Shown: positions 1 to 10,571, counted from the first letter of the whole stretch. The stretch is DNA of 63,796 nucleotides, filler included, from Collodictyon triciliatum (GCA_043381765.1; 6 parts of 6 records of this genome joined end to end with filler, not necessarily neighbours in it), one strand, 5' to 3'. Numbers and translations: made by a program. Notes: a model not told the origin generated them from the sequence alone.

Positions 1-395
1 TTTGTTTATTTGTTTATTTGTTTATATGTTTATTTGTCTATTTGTTTGTTTGTTTGTTTGTTTGTTTGTTTGTTAATTTGATGTTAATTTGATGTTAATT
101 TGATGTTAATTTGATGTTAATTTGATGTTAATTTGATGTTAATTTTTGATAATTTTTGATAATTTTTGATAATTTTTGATAATTTTTGATAATTTTTGAT
201 AATTTTTGATAATTTTTGTTAATTTTTGTTAATTTTTGATAATTTTTGTTAATTTTTGTTAATTTTTGTTAATTTTTGATAATTTTTGATAATTTTTGTT
301 AATTTTTGTTAATTTTTGTTAATTTTTGTTAATTTTTGTTAATTTTTGTTAATTTTTGTTAATTTTTGTTAATTTGTTAATTTGTTAATTTGTTT
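1..395. repeat. Compound tandem repeat (TTTG/TTTA, TTAATTTGATG 11-mer, AATTTTTGWT 10-mer) inside an intron of the cyclase-like gene
   Basis: Directly visible arrays, lying downstream (minus strand) of the GTAAG donor at 423. Confidence 0.9.
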
Positions 396-423
396 TTCTT
401 TGCTTTGTTTGCTTTGTACTTAC

Positions 424-2456
424 ACGGGATAGAGGTTATCCAGTAAAAATTTTGTTTGGTTTCTGACTTTCATTTCCTTCTCTCGAATCCATTTTAGTTT
501 CTTCTCGGCGTAAAAGGAGCTATATTTTCATATGTTTCAGAATGTCCGTCACATAAAAAGTAGAATTTACCTTTTCTTTTGTACTTCGACTAGTCTTAAG
601 GTGCTGATGCTCAGTGTAGATGTTATGAGCAATGGCATACCACAACGTAAAATGATTTTAATGTTTGCATTTGTAGTGATTATGAGCAGAACCAGCGGGA
701 AAATATTCGAATAAGCGGTTAAAAGTAGCTGCATCTGGTAATCTCCAGACAACAAAGTTGTCATAACCTGTGACAAATTTGATAGAAAAATATTAGAAAA
801 TCATACTTATGTAAAATCTAAAGTTCTTGAGATTTTAGCTTCTTTTTTCTTACGTACCAAGACGACAATTTGATTTTGGGTCCAAACAGTGTCACTGAAA
901 TTCACTACCCCAACCGAAAAAAGTGTTGAAAATGAGAAGAAAATGAAGCTATGAAGTCTGTAGTACAATCTGTGTTTTATTTTAGTTAAATAAATTCCTG
1001 TTTCCAAGAAATGTAGTATTTTTACATAAAAGGATTCGTATTACTTTGACTTTCCTTTTTCTTTCCTTTTTCTTTTTCTTTTTCTTTTCTTTTTTGTTTA
1101 TTGTTTTTTGGTTTGATTTTTGGTTTTTTGATTCTGTTTTACATTAATTTAATCTAATTATTTCATGATTTTCCTCTTCTTCGATATTTGTCTCCATATT
1201 TTAAAAAAAAAAGCCATTCATAATAAACCTATCTATAATTTAGATCGATATAGGTCCCTTAAAATGAATCATATTATATTACTTTGAAAAATAAAGCTCC
1301 TTTTCGGTGGTTGGCATCTTCTTTCTTAATCTGTTGAAAATTGCCGCACAGAGAACAGAAATGATAGACATTGAAAAATAGACAACCACGTCAAATGTTT
1401 GTGACCATACTACCCTAAGGAATAACATGTATTTAATACTATGAATTAAGTTTGCCCTACTTTTGGAAATAATGATAAAAAAGAAACCAAACATGCCAAT
1501 CCCAGTGAAAAAAGAAAACACGAAGACTACAAGCAGCCCTCTAATACTTGGCGTCAGGGATAACTTGGTTATGCTTATCCTATATTCTTCTTCCATGACA
1601 TCATCCTCAAACCTATAGCCATAATACCGTAGTGGTGAAGGTTTGTCGTTATTTATGTATCTCTTTTTTTCTTTTTCTTTTTCTTTTTCTTTTTCTTTTT
1701 CTTTTTCTTTTTCTTTTTCTTTTTCTTTTTCTTTTTCTTTTTCTTTTTCTTTTTCTTTTTCTTTTACTTTTACTTTTTTATTTTTACTTTTTTATTTTTA
1801 CTTTTTTATTTTTACTTTTTTATTTTTACTTTTTTATTTTTACTTTNNNNNNNNNNNNNNNNNNNNNNNNNNNNNNNNNNNNNNNNNNNNNNNNNNNNNN
1901 NNNNNNNNNNNNNNNNNNNNNNNNNNNNNNNNNNNNNNNNNNNNNNTTTTACTTTTTTACTTTTTTACTTTTTTACTTTTTTACTTTTTTACTTTTTTAC
2001 TTTTTTACTTTTTTACTTTTTTACTTTTTTACTTTTTTACTTTTTTACTTTTTTACTTTTTTACTTTTTACTTTTTACTTTTTTTTTATTTATGCAAAAG
2101 GCGCTCAGGGGCTAAGCCGATATGTTGTTTCTGAAGAAAGGGGCGGAAAACATTAAATGGGGATAATATAACCTCAATGTCTTTTTGACGACATGGCACG
2201 GCGGAAACTGATCAGCTTCTTGTCCATCGTTTTGAGCTCCTCTCATAAAGTCTGGTATTCGTGACGATACAGAACTACCTTTCACTGTGATAGAGTCGAA
2301 ATCATCCTGTTTTTCTGCCAGATAAGTTGCGTGTTTGACTTCCCGAACTTTTAGGCGCAGCAGGTGTCCTTCTCTCTCGGCCGTTGCGTAGCGAGTTGAT
2401 AACGTCGAACCAGTCAAACTAGCAAGTGCCTCCTTCTCGAAGTCTTCGCTTCTCAT
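424..2456 (-). CDS. Multi-pass membrane class III nucleotidyl-cyclase-like protein, paralogue A (5' half; 3' part beyond window start)
   Basis: Exon 1 MRSEDFEKEALASLTGSTLSTRYAT..., hydrophobic exons in 1279-1596, 807-1007 and 567-770, then SFYAEKKLKWIREKEMKVRNQTKFLLDNLYP, the LL-x-N-x-x-P helical motif that precedes class III cyclase domains. Aligns by eye, with the same intron phases, to the gene at 20489-25964. Confidence 0.7.
1660..2085. repeat. Intronic compound microsatellite (TTTTTC drifting to TTTTTAC/TTTTTTAC) with a 100-N scaffold gap
   Basis: Directly visible; source of the spurious FLFLFL and FSFSFS ORFs. Confidence 0.9.
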
Positions 2457-2560
2457 AAGACTATTTTCTACGTTGCAGCTTGATCAAAAATGTATTCTTG
2501 AATTTTATTTTACTTTTTGCCACAGAGCGTTTCTTTGGATATGCTTTCGATTTCTTGTAA

Positions 2561-3010
2561 ATGTCAAGTTCTCACCTTATCTTCAAAATTCGAGTGAGTT
2601 TACGCGACAGATCGGATGAAAGGGAGAGAAACTATGAATTCGTATTCTGGATAGACGGTTGATTACATCAATCAATTGGAAATTAGCTCCACATCATTCC
2701 AAAATCAGTGATTTGTGCTCCAAAGAGCTCTCAAACTAATATTCCCTGATACCAGCTCATGTGGGATGATTCTTCGCAAATCAGTGATGAGTACTCCTCG
2801 AAGGATTCATCACGTATGTCATTACGCTTCTGCGAGCTCGTCTCCCATCGCGAGGTTGCACTGTCCGGGAGTGATGCGGAATATGTTCATGTTTGCTCCA
2901 CAAATCTGAACGTTTATGTTCTGGAGTGTCCGATCAATCTACTCAACCAGGCGTTGCTCAAGCATATATTTATATTGTTGCCTGCTCCACATCCGACTGT
3001 TGAGGACTAA
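2561..3010 (+). CDS. Small hypothetical protein (~95 aa, two exons)
   Basis: ATG 2561 MSSSHLIFKIR, GTGAGT donor, CTAAT branch point, CAG acceptor at 2755, then in frame LMWDDSSQISDEYSSKDSSRMSLRFCELVSHREV...PTVED*. Family not recognised. Confidence 0.5.
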
Positions 3011-3262
3011 GATTAAAGATTACACTGTCAAGCTTGTCAATTGTTGTGAGACTTTCACAAAGCCAGCAGGGGCCTTTATTAAAGGAGAGAAAACTTAATA
3101 GGGGACAAGAAAAAGAGGGAGGAAACCGGCTGGGTGGGATATGAATCAAAACAGAGATGGAAAGGGACTTTCGAGCTTGTCGGTAATTGGTGCTGTGTTA
3201 GCTGGCAATATTGACTTGCGAAGCAGAAAAAGAAAAAAAATTGTTGCTGGTTCGCAAAGGCT

Positions 3263-6200
3263 TTAGGCCGAGACAGGGGCTTTGCGTCTGCGATAGCGTA
3301 CGGTGCAGTTTGCTGCAAGAGGACCGACGACCATGGCCTATTGGGTTGCAAACTCCGTAAGACCATAGTGGGAGTATCACCCTCAGGGAGATACACATCA
3401 TTTGAGTCAGAAGAGAAAGAAAATATGCAGACCTCGTAATCCGGTGTCGGGAAGACTGGATTATCCGGCAGGCTAATTTCGTACATGCGCAATAACACGC
3501 TGAACACGGTCTTGATTTGGATGAATGCAAAATGCTCTCCGAGGCCTACATGAATTGTTTTTTGAACACAGAACCCGTTTCGTGGAACAAAGACAAATAC
3601 AGAGTCATATTGCCAGAACGTAAGACTAAGGTGAACAATGTACATGTATGAAGTCCTCCTCCAAAACCAATGAAACTGAACAACTTCTTTTGGTCCTCAG
3701 CTCGTTCAGGAGAGAAACTAGAGTGTTGAATACTGGGTTAGAAGAATGAAAAGACCTTCTTTATCTTTCTTCATAAGCAGAATGCAAGGCGAATAAGGGG
3801 CACCGGTCAGGGTCGTATTTGTCAGGGTTGGTATAGACATCGCCGAGACGGTGACCAATAGCAGGGGAGACAAAAATGGTGTGGCCAGCGGGGATGGTAT
3901 AGTTCTCGAATTGAAGGTCGACCATGACTTTGCGCATCAAGAAGATGAGAGGAGGGAACAGACGGAGAGCCTCCTTGATGCAGCGGTGAAGGTAAGTCAT
4001 ATTTTCAATGATTTCGGTTGTGAGTGGAACAGAGGGATCTGTGACTGTGGCTTGCTCCTCCAGGACTCCTTTCCTACAAAGCATAAAAAGGATTTTAGAA
4101 ATGAAAGGGGATATTTTTCCGTGACGTTAAACAATCTCAAAAACAACCGGTCTTGTTGATTCATATTGTTAATTATCAAAGTTGTAAGACAAGAAAGAAA
4201 CTCATTACAGGAATTGTGGGTTGTGCAAAAGGAACATGGCAGTCCATGTGCTAGTAATGGAGCTAGTGTGCTGGCCGGCAAATAGAAGAGCTGCGGTAAT
4301 AGAATTTAAAGGGAAGTGTTACAACTGGGTGTGAAACAGTGCTGCGAAATAGGGCTAGGGTAAAGTGATTGATATGATGGAACAACTGCAAATTTTGCTC
4401 TCACCGATAAGCATTCCAGTGACTTCGTCATCAGTTAGCTTGGTACCATCCTTGTACGTGGCATCAATTAAAAGCTGGAACAAGTCGGTTCCCTGGGTAG
4501 CAGAATGTTAAGCACGTTCGATTGTAGATTACAGACAGGTGTGTATCAGAAAAGGTCGCTGCGGAGAAAAGATGAGTTGGTAAACGTGGTTCACAATAGG
4601 CTTCGAGGAACAAGGGGACAGGCAAAAGTGGAGGTATCTGGAGATTTAGACCTTCTCTGTTCCGCTGCGGCGGTTGCGAATCACAGTTGAGAATAGGCGA
4701 ACCATCTCCTCGCGGGCACGGTTTCTCCTCCTGTGGTGCATTGGGATGATAAATTATGTAGCTCACACAAGTTGAGAACAGTAGCTATGTTTAGAATAAT
4801 AAAGGATGAAGTATGTTGCCCAACAATAGTTCAAGGTGAGTACAAATGGTGTCCGCTACTCAGCGAGACCCGTAACACTATGTCTAAATTAGTCCAGTAT
4901 CCTTACAAGTGGGCAGGGATGGGTAGATAAGGGAAGAAGACAGATATGGGTGTAATTCCGTGCTCCAAATCGTGATACAGGCTAGCAACCTGCTCGAACA
5001 TATTTTCGCGGACCTAATAGCGCATTCATATCGATACGTTAGCAGGGTGGATAATGAGTTGAATGTATTAGGGAAAAAAAAAGGGTAGAGGGATCAGTAT
5101 GCAAGATGATATATCCAAACTCAGAATAACGCAGGTATATCGGGTTACGATAGAGGTTCATCAATACCTCTTTACCCATGAGACAGCGAGACGCGGTGAG
5201 AATAATGAGTTCGCTGAAGGCATCCTTCAGGTTGACTTCTCCTTCATCGCCCCACTTGTTGAAGTAGGCCTCGCATTCCTGAACTATCTGAGGGACATAT
5301 GACCTAGTGATATAGTCGAATGGGAAGGGGAATTATTGATAGTTAGATTAGCATACTTATGGAAACGACCTTGGATGTGGATCATATAGGACAGTCATTA
5401 TACCAAAAAAAAAAAACTTGCTTGAGCATGGCGCTCTTGAGTCCATTTGCAGCAATCTTGAGCTGCTGTCCGCGCACCTTCAGTGGAGCGTCATAGACCT
5501 TTACACGCATTAACAAAAATGTGTCCCGTCAGTGGATTATCTACTGCTAAAACTCGGCACGTTTAGTTAGACAAGCATGAGTATCACATAACAGCTCTCG
5601 TTTGGGTGAATCACAGGGTGACTTACAACGCCCTTTCCAAAAACCGGGACAGTGAACTTGTAAACTTCCTGCTGATCGACCTCGCTACAGGGGCCATTAG
5701 AACAATCAGAAAGAGAAGGAGTAAAAATAAACAAAAAAAAATATCTAATTAGGTCGCATGAAGCAGTAGTTTAGTCGTAAAAAAAAAAAACGTCGAGAGT
5801 CATCACACTCTGACAGATTTGGCATAATTGCAAAGGGCAGACCGATCGCCCGCACGAAGCATCACGCCCTGGGCCTCGGGACCGATGAGAAAGGTGAGCT
5901 TGTTGCCAAACATGTTCATGGTGAAGCAGCGACCAAGCTGGAACCAGAGCCATAAGAGCGTGCAAAGCAAAGTCAAATACAAGGAGATCAAACAAGCTTG
6001 TCAAGAGTTTCAATACAAAAGGGACAAACTGAGTAGGCGCTCGCTTCCAAACTTAGCCAGACAGAAAAAAAGGAAAAGGAAAAAGAAAAGGAAAAAGAAA
6101 AGGAAAAGGAATAGGAAAAAGAAAAGGAAAAGGAAAAGGAAAAGACATCATAACCTTGCAAGCAATACGACAAATAGAAAGTCACACAAGCACCGCGCAA

Positions 6201-6497
6201 ACCTGCTTGTGGGCCTCCGAGATATACCCGAGCGGATTGCGGCAGAAGCCGATGATGTTTCCGATCGGCACATAGTTGGACCCGAGAATGGGCGGCGTGC
6301 GGTAGGCAGGGGTCTGCGTGTGGAGGGCGCGATTAGTCGCCGTCCAGGGAAGGAAGGTGGGAAGGAAGTCAGGCAGTGGCGCTTACCTTCTTGAAGACCA
6401 CAGAGAGCAGCAATATGACTGCAGAGAAGGACAGCAGCCCGGCCGCAACAAGCCCAAAGGTTGGCACATCGGACGCCAGGGAAAGCAGGTCGTTCAT
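3263..6497 (-). CDS. CYP51: Sterol 14-alpha-demethylase (cytochrome P450 family 51)
   Basis: Spliced product has an N-terminal membrane anchor, [17 protein letters not shown] (SRS1), [15 protein letters not shown] (I-helix), [10 protein letters not shown] (ExxR) and [14 protein letters not shown] (heme Cys, codon split by an intron). Ends [12 protein letters not shown]. Confidence 0.97.
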
Positions 6498-7209
6498 GGC
6501 TATTGTGGAATTTGCGTGAAGACGATTGCAAGCGCTCTCACGGGATACTCAGCATCCTGCCAGCACCCGATCCTCAAGAGCCGCGCAAGGAGGCGGTAGG
6601 TTTGTGTTTGGGGGATTGCAACAGAAGAGGAAGGAGGAGTGGTTGCCGACCGAGCGTGTGGGGGTGAGGCTTTGCTTCTTGTACTCGAGCGCGTTCTGTG
6701 GGTTTGGCTGTGTCATTGCGCACAGATCGCGTGGGATGCCGTGTGAGCGACAGCTAGTGGTTGAGATTTATTAAAAGCTGTGGCTGTGGCTGTGTTCCTG
6801 ACTTCCCAGAGTTATGGGGAATTTGGCATTCCATGCGCTGTAGAAAAACCCGCCTCGCTGGGAAATACATAATACCCACATTGGCTGTATCGGTGTAGCA
6901 TGTTCATATATCTGGAAAATATTTTAATCTACAAGATACGAGACCTTACTTACACCTGAGTAGGACAATATTCAACACATCTGTTCACGTTACATAATTC
7001 GTTTGTTGCGCAACATATCTCAACACCATGAATTGATTTTTGCCGCATGCACAACAGTAGTTAGCGAACGCTGTCCGCCAGTGCAACTGGGTACAGCGGA
7101 AATCCAGGAGTTCCCAAAACAACTGCACACCGTGTCGCCACATTTGGCACAAACAACACAAAAATCACTTGCAGCCACATTCTCCAGCCTTTTTCCCGGC
7201 GCAAGGTGT

Positions 7210-7330
7210 TTGTGTGATGCAAGTGTGATGAGGTGTGAATATTCACAGCCATGGCGTGTGGCGGAACACAGTCCGTGGTGCGGTGTGATTGTGTGATGCA
7301 AGTGTGATGAGGTGTGATGAATCCGTGATG
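7210..7330. promoter_or_regulatory. Cluster of GTGTGA(T) motifs including a 29-bp direct repeat, in the CYP51/SMO divergent intergenic region
   Basis: TTGTGTGATGCAAGTGTGATGAGGTGTGA at 7210-7238 and 7289-7317, plus GGTGTGAT at 7282 and CCGTGAT at 7323. The repeat is seen directly; the regulatory role is inference. Confidence 0.5.
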
Positions 7331-7848
7331 CATGCTTGGGAACTTGTGCAGTCCGGGAACCCATCAGATCCACGTCGTTTCTTCGGCAAGAATGATCACA
7401 TCCTCATAGCCAGGCTTTGAAGCTCGCATGGTTGTAAATCGCCACGGGGTATCCTTTCGCCCTTCCACACACATCCAACACATACACGCGCACAAGAGTG
7501 GCTGGAAGAACACTGCTGCCCGCAATTCCAACACCAGAATACGCAGTGCGACGCCAAAGGGCTTTCCGCCCAATACACATCCACATGCCACCCACTTCGC
7601 GAACCAACCCACTCCCCGTACATATGGCAACGAATAGAAAGTCCTTTTTTTCAGCTGCGCAACGCCCTATCACAAGCCAGCCAAGCCCTTCGGCTCTATC
7701 CCAAACACACAAGCATAAGAAACAGGACGTGGCAGACCAGAGACCAACATAGAAGGCTCTTCTGCCCCTGTGCCGGGTTCTCTGGTACCTGTCGGGCTTC
7801 TTTCTGAACAACCCTCCAAACAACACAGGCACGCACACGAGCAACGCC

Positions 7849-8073
7849 ATGGAGACGCTCTCTTTTGTCTCTGACTTTGTGCCGCGCGAGTGGGCCGACA
7901 AGAGCGCCGACGAGAAGATCCTCCAGGGCGGCTTGGCGGTCTTTCTGTCCTTGGCTGTCGCAGGCGGCCTCGTCCAACGCATCCAGCGCTTCCAGCGCGA
8001 ACAGAAGCTCACCCTCGGCCGCCGCGTAAGAAGCAACAAAACCCAGCACATAGCCACAGCGGAAAGTGAAGGA

Positions 8074-8105
<32 letters not shown>

Positions 8106-10015
8106 GGGAGGGTTCGGCCCAGCCATACCAAAAGCAGCCGCCCAGACTAATGCGGCATGAGTGCAGGACATCGTCGGCCTTGGGCTTGCGGTCTTCTTTG
8201 GGTACGGACTGCACCGCGAGATCGGGCCGCCCGCGTATGTGTCCGAGGCGCTCAACCAACGGTGGCTGGAGTACGTGGGGACGACCGATCCGCAGTGGTT
8301 CTTTACGCTGACGATCTGGGGCTCCCTCACCCTCACGTGCCTGCTCTTCACCACCCCGTACATGCTTCTCGACATGCTGCACCTCCTCGGCTACCCGCTG
8401 CTGAGCCAGTACAAGCTGCAGAAGGTACCGGCATTTCGACCATTAGAGAGCCCAAGCCTCTGCTTGCAAGCGGTTTCTTGGCTGGCCCCTGCGTTCCCGG
8501 ATAATTGCTGTTGCTTGCTTGCTTGTTGTTGGGATGTGCCTTTTCTCCCTCTCTCTCTCTTTCTCTCCCCCATGGCAAAGAACAGAAGCGTGGGTTTCGT
8601 GCTTATCGTTTTCTCTCTTCTATATCCTTGTATCATATCTAGAGACGTCCCAAGTGGTCCGATATATGGAGCTGCTTCAAGGCCATCGTCCTGGTCTACA
8701 TCGCCATTTTTATCATGACCTACACTTCATTTCCTGTGTACTCTTTCTGCGGGGTATACGCGAACGCGCCCATTCCGACTTGGTGAGCGAAATCACGCAC
8801 CTCTATATCTACGATTGTACATGATGTCTTGCCATGGTATGGAAGGCACCTGATCTACTCGCAAAAGCGTCCGCAACTCTACGCCACAACAACGACAGCT
8901 TCATGACTAAATACAGCTGTGTATTTTTACGTGTGACGTGTGTCATTCAGGGGACGCATTGGCTCTGAGTTGCTTCTCTTCCTCTTCATCGAAGACCTGG
9001 GCCACTTCATCCTTCACTGGATATTCCACGTGGAGCCCTTCTACAAATGGATTCACTCTGTCCACCATCAACACACATATCCATTTGGCCTGACAGGTAC
9101 ACGCTCATGCCTCTGCGCACCATAAGTTTGTTGTGGAAGACACATGCCAATGTCCATGCGAGTAATACTGCTCTCCGTCCCTCACACAATTAACACTTCT
9201 CTTTTGTCCCAACCTATGCAAAGCCACGTACTCGCACCCCATCGAGGTTATCACCCTTGGAATCCCCACAATGATTGGCCCGTCCCTCGTGGGCTCGCAT
9301 CTCTTCACCTTCATCCTCTGGACTAATCTTCGCCAGTGGGACGCCATCGAGACTCGTAATCACACATTCTTCGTCAAATAGCATATAGACATCTATCGTA
9401 TTCCTGACACACAATTGCTAATGGCCAAACTAATGCGGGTTTCTAGATTCCGGATACGAATTCCCATGGAGTTTGTCGAAATGGATTCCACTATGGGGAG
9501 GTTACTCCAACACCCATTCACCCAAAGACATCATACCTTACTCGAGACATAAACTTTGAAGAGATGACCTTACATATGATTCTGGCTCATCTAAATAGTC
9601 GTTATCATAATGTAGGCGCTGAATTTCACGACGCCCACCACGCATTCAAAACCTCCAATTACGCCTCCTCATTCACCTACTTGGACACGCTCTTCGGCAC
9701 GGATGCCTCCTACCGCCGACGCAAGGAGAAGAGTGAATCAGAAAACAGCCAGGTTAGCTCATCAGGGTCTTTCCTATCTCATAGTTACTAATATTCGCGC
9801 CCTTTATAATACCTACGGTGAGAATCCCCTGCGCTGAAATATTATTTCTATGACAGACACAGTCCCAGGAATCTCCCTCTGTTGAGTCACCTGCCAAATC
9901 CCCTGCCAAGTCACCTGCAAAGTCACCTGCAAAGTCACCTGCCAAATCTCCCTCAACTCCTGCAAGCGATGCCAAGAAGGCATCCAACCCCAAACGTAAT
10001 AAAGTGATTCAATAG
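7849..10015 (+). CDS. ERG25: C-4 methylsterol oxidase (SMO/ERG25/MSMO1-type, sterol desaturase/fatty acid hydroxylase superfamily)
   Basis: Three His boxes HWIFH, HSVHH and HDAHH, with flanking motifs YKWIHSVHHQHTYPFGLTATYSHPIE, AIETHSGYEFPWS and NYASSFTYLDTLFGTD. Eight GT-AG exons; ends PKRNKVIQ-TAG. Confidence 0.88.
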
Positions 10016-10333
10016 TAAAACAGAAATATACTCTCCCATGTAGCTCTCCTTGACGAATAGTATTCTTGACATAAGATTTCCCCCTTTATTCGATTCAAGG
10101 CATTCTTGACATATGATAAGGGTTTTTAGAGAGGAATCAAAACATACCAAGTACATACATAAGTTGGAACTGAATACACATATGTACACCGTAACGGTAT
10201 TAGGAGAAATATTCCTGATATTCACTACCTTTCTTGAGTATGACCATCGCCTAATAAACCAAACAAAAGATTGGAAGACAAGTGGCTTTCTAACCACACT
10301 GCTTTAATACAACGCAACTTAGAAACTGGACCC

Positions 10334-10433
10334 NNNNNNNNNNNNNNNNNNNNNNNNNNNNNNNNNNNNNNNNNNNNTTAATTAATTAANNNNNNNNNNN
10401 NNNNNNNNNNNNNNNNNNNNNNNNNNNNNNNNN
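10334..10433. other. Artificial contig spacer (N44-TTAATTAATTAA-N44)
   Basis: Identical 100-nt unit with stops in all six frames occurs five times in the window. Confidence 0.97.
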
Positions 10434-10571
10434 AACACAAAAAACAAAAAAAACACAAAAAAAACAAAAAACACAAAAAACACAAAAAACACAAAAAACA
10501 CAAAAAACACAAAAAACACAAACAAAAACAAAAAAAAAAGAACTGGGTTTAGATAAACAGTAACTAGGCCC

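Noticed and set aside
1632-2156. Long Phe/Leu/Val/Cys-rich ORFs over repeats (also 13188-13564, 17087-17987, 18190-18579, 28860-29312, 58398-58891)
   Set aside because: Translations of microsatellites, minisatellites and N gaps, mostly inside introns.
2686-2755. In-frame TGA upstream of the small ORF as possible selenocysteine or recoding
   Set aside because: It falls between a CTAAT branch point and the CAG acceptor at 2755, so it is intronic. No SECIS was seen.
6655-6669. CTCACCCCCAC upstream of CYP51 as a canonical SRE-1
   Set aside because: One C too many and a different first base compared with ATCACCCCAC; too weak alone.
10016-10333. 3' end of a convergent minus-strand gene
   Set aside because: Exon-like fragments exist, but I could not fix a frame or recognise a product.
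10378-10389. Palindromic TTAATTAATTAA repeated five times as a biological element
   Set aside because: Always centred in exactly 100 nt between N44 blocks and has stops in all six frames, so it is a concatenation linker. Gene order across it was not interpreted.
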